Origin: an uncultured Staphylococcaceae bacterium
Lineage (GTDB): Bacteria; Bacillota_I; Bacilli_A; ML615J-28; CAG-313
Length of the DNA stretch: 59,254 nt
NCBI GenBank assembly: GCA_964368275.1
Contig: CAYJAQ010000002.1
Span: 1-59,254 of the forward strand
Direction: 5' to 3'
The notes below the pieces were generated by a model. It did not search any database and had not been told where the DNA came from. It worked only from the letters and a program-made list of their open reading frames with translations. This document shows positions 55,942 to 59,254 of the stretch, in pieces. How positions within the stretch are numbered: position 1 is the first letter of the stretch; every line of letters starts with the position of its first letter. The position numbers and the translations under genes are program-made.

Positions 55942-58252
55942 TAATTACCTCCAAGATAGCCCCATTATCACTAAGCTTATACTCAGCGCTTTCCCATTCG
56001 TGCAATAATTTTAAGCGTTTAAAACTATCAATTACTTTATTATCATGACTAATTATCAATAGAGTTGGACCAGCTCCACTTATGCAAAAGGCATTTGTGG
56101 TCTTATCACACCAACTTTTAATTCGTTTAGCATCATCAATTATCGGCAAGCGATATGGTTCATGCCAAGCATCCTGCATCATTTCCTTCAATAGTTCTAA
56201 ATCACCACTACTAAAAGCATAAGGAAGATTAACAACCCGTGAAGCATTAAATGTAGCATCTTGATAAGTCAATTCTTTCGGTAAAACGGATCGAGCCACA
56301 CTTGTTGCTAATTGAAAATCAGGAATTAGTAAAAAGAAATGAAGTTTTTCAGATACCGGATATTTAATGCTCTTTATTTGGTCTTTACTTCGGTAACTAG
56401 CCCGAAGTCCACCTAAATAACAGCTAGTAACATTATCAGCATGTCCTTCTAAGGTAGTCATTATCTTCAAGCACTCCGCCTCTGTTAGGCTATTTCCCAT
56501 ATAATAATTAGCAGCAAGAACACCTGCTACGATACAACAAGCACTGCTACCCAATCCACGAGCTACTGGAACATCTTGTTTTACTAGCATTACCTTGACA
56601 GGTCGCGCCGACTTCTGCAATACCTCAAAAGTATGGCGGTATGCATGAATTACTAAATTATTATCAATATCAGAAAATGTACCAAAGCCTTCTAAAGCAA
56701 AAGAATCAGCAATTTCAAATTTATAACAATTACCTTTTTGATAAGCGATACTTAAAAAGTCAAAGCCTGGTCCTAAGTTCGCTGAGGTTGCTGGTGCACT
56801 AATCATTATTGAACCAAATGGTTTATAAAGCATTTTATTTAGTTCACCTTCCGTAATGCCTACTGCTTTTTTACGAGAACTAGCAATTTTTTCAAAAATA
56901 GCTGGAATACTTGTGTTAGTAGCTTTACTGATTAGTTTATTTAATTCAAAGTCATTTTTCAAGATAGGCACGTCAATTGCTTTGGCTACTGCTTTAGCAA
57001 ACTTATAAGGAGATGCTGTTGAAACAATCATCGTAGGTAAATCATTATTTGTTTTACTCTTATATTGTAAGTACGCACCATATGCAACAGCGGTATGTGG
57101 GTCTATTAGATAGTGTTCTTCTAAGTAGACTTGACTAATTGCTCTAGTCGTATCAACTTCACTTGTGGAATAAGCATGAAAGTCTTCAAGCATTTTACGA
57201 TATTTATTGCTAATTCGGTAATAACCTTTTGAAACTAAATCACTCATTTCACCCTTGACAAGAGTGCCATCATCCATAATGAACGCTAACAACCGTTCTA
57301 GGTTAGAGGAAATCAAAATATCCATTGAAGGTGATATTGTCTTATAAAAAGGGCGATCTTTATTATAAGTACCAATTTGAAAGAATTCAGTCAAAACATT
57401 ATTGCGATTGGATGCGCAAATAATATCAGCAATCGGTAATCCCATTTGCTTGGCAATGTAACACGCTAATATGTTTCCAAAATTACCAGTTGGAACAGAT
57501 ACATTAATCGGTTTCCCATAGACTACCTGTTCATTATTAACCATTTGTAAATAAGCGTAATAGTAGTAAACAACTTGAGGAATTAAACGGCCAATATTAA
57601 TTGAATTAGCTGAAGTTAAGTCATAAAATGGATTTTCGGGAATCAAAGAGAAAAGTCGCTTTACTAGATTCTGACAATCATCAAAATTACCATTATATGC
57701 ATAAGCATGAGCTTGGTCATTAGAATAATAAAGCATTTGTGCTTCTTGAATAGGGCTAACCCCATTTTCAGGATAAACAACAAATATTTCAGTATTAGGC
57801 ACATTGTTAAAACTTGCTAAAGCAGCACTTCCCGTATCGCCAGAGGTAGCTGTTAAAATTACAGTCTTTTTATCAATATGATGTTTCTTTTTGGCAATAG
57901 TAATAAGGTACGGCAAAATCGCTAAAGCCATATCTTTAAAAGCTTTAGTAGGTCCATGATGAAGTTCTAAAAACACACCGCCATTAAAAGACTTTAAGGC
58001 AATAATTTCTTCATCAAACTTATCATCATATGCCGATTCAACTGCTATGTCAATCTCCTCTTTTGAAAAGTCATCAAGTAGTTTTGCAAGTACTTTTTTT
58101 GCTATTTCCTTGTAAGAGTAATTAAGGTATTCCTTCTTAAGGGGAAGGCTAGGAATCTGTTCGGGAATAAATAATCCACCGTCCTCGCAAATTCCTTTAA
58201 TGATAGCTAGACTTGCTGATATTCTAATATTACTACGTGTACTTTTATACAT
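55934..58252 (-). CDS. thrC-thrB: Fused threonine synthase (N-terminal ~470 aa) and homoserine kinase (C-terminal ~295 aa)
   Basis: N-terminus MYKSTRS...HGPTKAFKD (PLP Lys). The C-terminal half starts ...MISAPATSANLGPGFDF and carries the GHMP motif PVARGLGSSA. Single uninterrupted 772-codon ORF. Confidence 0.88.
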   Translation of the reverse strand: MYKSTRSNIRISASLAIIKGICEDGGLFIPEQIPSLPLKKEYLNYSYKEIAKKVLAKLLDDFSKEEIDIAVESAYDDKFDEEIIALKSFNGGVFLELHHGPTKAFKDMALAILPYLITIAKKKHHIDKKTVILTATSGDTGSAALASFNNVPNTEIFVVYPENGVSPIQEAQMLYYSNDQAHAYAYNGNFDDCQNLVKRLFSLIPENPFYDLTSANSINIGRLIPQVVYYYYAYLQMVNNEQVVYGKPINVSVPTGNFGNILACYIAKQMGLPIADIICASNRNNVLTEFFQIGTYNKDRPFYKTISPSMDILISSNLERLLAFIMDDGTLVKGEMSDLVSKGYYRISNKYRKMLEDFHAYSTSEVDTTRAISQVYLEEHYLIDPHTAVAYGAYLQYKSKTNNDLPTMIVSTASPYKFAKAVAKAIDVPILKNDFELNKLISKATNTSIPAIFEKIASSRKKAVGITEGELNKMLYKPFGSIMISAPATSANLGPGFDFLSIAYQKGNCYKFEIADSFALEGFGTFSDIDNNLVIHAYRHTFEVLQKSARPVKVMLVKQDVPVARGLGSSACCIVAGVLAANYYMGNSLTEAECLKIMTTLEGHADNVTSCYLGGLRASYRSKDQIKSIKYPVSEKLHFFLLIPDFQLATSVARSVLPKELTYQDATFNASRVVNLPYAFSSGDLELLKEMMQDAWHEPYRLPIIDDAKRIKSWCDKTTNAFCISGAGPTLLIISHDNKVIDSFKRLKLLHEWESAEYKLSDNGAILEVINE

Positions 58253-58299
58253 TATATCACCTCATTAGTTTAAATAGTATATCATGTTTCTAAAATAAA

Positions 58300-58330
58300 A
58301 ACAAGTGTTTTCATAATTAAAACACTTGTT
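58300..58330. promoter_or_regulatory. Perfect 12-bp inverted repeat overlapping the putative thrCB -35 (operator or minus-strand terminator-like hairpin)
   Basis: AACAAGTGTTTT-N7-AAAACACTTGTT. On the minus strand it is followed by TTTTTATTTT. A putative extended -10 (TGaTATACT, 58276-58284) lies downstream. Confidence 0.5.
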
Positions 58331-58396
58331 AAAAATATACAAAAAATGCATTGTATATTTAAACGAGATCTTATCACAATAAAAACGAGGGATATT

Positions 58397-59101
58397 ATGA
58401 ATTTATTTTTAAAAATCAATTTATTTATCATGGCTTTTAGTGGTATTAGTGGTGCCTTCTTTTCTTCACGACGTTCCCGTGGAATTGATAGTTTACGTTT
58501 CTTCACCAATCAATCAAACCTTATTATCGTCATTACGACCTTTATTTATTTAGTATTTGCCATTTTAAATAGCCAAAATATTTTAATACATAGCCAATTT
58601 TTCTATTTCGTCAGAATGCAAAGTATTGTCGCTATAATTATTACATTTAGCGTTTTTAACTTTATTATTCTACCTGCTACAAGTAAACGTGAAAGAAATA
58701 AAGATCCTATTAATAAACCCTATAAACGTTCTTTCAAAGTCTCAAGTGGACTAGTAGCTAATATTATTCTTCATTATCTAGTTCCGACTTTAGCGACACT
58801 TGATTTTATCATTTATGACAATCATACTTTAATTAGTTGGTGGATGCCGTTAGCTTGCCTTATTTATCCGCTTCTGTATTATTTATCAAGCATACTACTT
58901 GCCCAAATTAGTAAGCCATTCGAAACAGTCGAAGGCAAAAGGGAACGTTTCCCATACTTCTTCTTTGATAAAGAAAAGATAGGTTGGCTAAAAGGTGGTA
59001 GTTATAATTCTCGCCTTGGTGTTATTCCTTTCTTTTTCATTATTCTATTCAGCGTAGTTGGTGTATCATATGGCCTATATGCCATTTTAATTCATCTATA
59101 A
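58397..59101 (+). CDS. Pr6Pr-family (FAR-17a/AIG1-like) membrane protein
   Basis: Polytopic protein with the FFTNQSNLI motif. Start re-set to the ATG at 58397 (MNLFLKINL...). Confidence 0.65.
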   Translation: MNLFLKINLFIMAFSGISGAFFSSRRSRGIDSLRFFTNQSNLIIVITTFIYLVFAILNSQNILIHSQFFYFVRMQSIVAIIITFSVFNFIILPATSKRERNKDPINKPYKRSFKVSSGLVANIILHYLVPTLATLDFIIYDNHTLISWWMPLACLIYPLLYYLSSILLAQISKPFETVEGKRERFPYFFFDKEKIGWLKGGSYNSRLGVIPFFFIILFSVVGVSYGLYAILIHL

Positions 59102-59110
59102 AACAAAGCA

Positions 59111-59136
59111 AAAACACATCGCCCGATGTGTTTTTG
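59111..59136 (+). terminator. Terminator of the Pr6Pr gene
   Basis: AAAACACATC-GCCC-GATGTGTTTT followed by TG. Confidence 0.8.
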
Positions 59137-59152
59137 TTCATAATTTAGGTAA

Positions 59153-59217
59153 GTCAAGAATTCTACTGAAAAGTGGACCTGTCAAAAACTCTACTGATTA
59201 TCAGTAGAATTCTTGAC
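59153..59217. repeat. 17-bp perfect inverted repeat with a nested alternative hairpin
   Basis: GTCAAGAATTCTACTGA (59153-59169) and TCAGTAGAATTCTTGAC (59201-59217). An internal third copy TCTACTGA (59190-59197) can pair with the right arm. A T8 run lies 5 nt downstream. Confidence 0.8.
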
Positions 59218-59254
59218 AGCCATTTTTTTTGCATAAAAAAATGTCCTTTGTTAT

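Noticed and set aside
58282-58509. 75-aa minus-strand ORF spanning the thrCB/Pr6Pr intergenic region
   Set aside because: It is antisense to the 5' end of the Pr6Pr gene, runs through the two AT-rich hairpins, and has no SD. It was also checked for a Thr/Ile-rich thr-type leader peptide, and none was found in any frame.
1-59254. Search for CRISPR arrays, transposases or integrases, prophage or defence islands, and rRNA genes
   Set aside because: No direct-repeat/spacer periodicity, no recombinase, transposase or nuclease-helicase-like ORFs, and no rRNA-like sequence were seen. The only repeats are the in-frame cadA repeats, terminator hairpins, and the inverted repeat at 59153-59217.

Overview
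An AT-rich, gene-dense chromosomal segment from a low-GC, endospore-forming Firmicute (Erysipelotrichia- or Clostridia-like by gene content). Most genes lie on the minus strand, with plus-strand blocks at 5.2-6.5 kb, 25.2-25.9 kb, 28.3-34.5 kb and 58.4-59.1 kb. I found no transposase, integrase, phage gene or CRISPR array, so this looks like core or housekeeping DNA.

Content in order:
- a partial ABC-F ATPase and a GNAT acetyltransferase
- an OmpR/HK two-component system with an htrA protease
- tRNA-Thr(GGU) immediately upstream of rarA
- a BspA-type LRR lipoprotein
- an FtsK/SpoIIIE homolog that has lost its ATPase motifs
- rpmG (missed by the ORF track), a hypothetical gene and RNase J
- the forespore cluster dacF / spoIIAA-spoIIAB-sigF / spoVAC-AD-AE
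- pnuC behind a structured leader, then ung and a DAG-kinase-like lipid kinase
- an NMT1/SsuA-type ABC importer
- a P-type cation ATPase, a C26 amidotransferase and a stand-alone EF-G paralog
- a WG-repeat lipoprotein with two tandem fused MacB-type ABC proteins
- a LytTR/membrane-protein/anchored-protein/pullulanase operon
- a radical SAM/SPASM gene with membrane proteins
- cadC-cadA
- two amino-acid ABC importers
- Hpt plus a REC-PAS-GGDEF(degenerate)-EAL protein
- a complete aspartate-to-threonine operon with a ThrC-ThrB fusion
- a Pr6Pr-family membrane protein

The most interesting signal is the leader of the COG2984-type (putative Trp/Tyr) ABC importer. A strong promoter and SD drive a 23-codon ORF containing six consecutive Tyr codons. 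It is followed by mutually exclusive anti-antiterminator, antiterminator and terminator helices. This looks like a tyrosine-sensing leader-peptide attenuator, and I do not know of a described equivalent. The neighbouring polar-amino-acid importer sits behind a lysine-riboswitch-like leader.

The ORF track renders GTG and TTG starts as M. Several starts were re-set from SD spacing.
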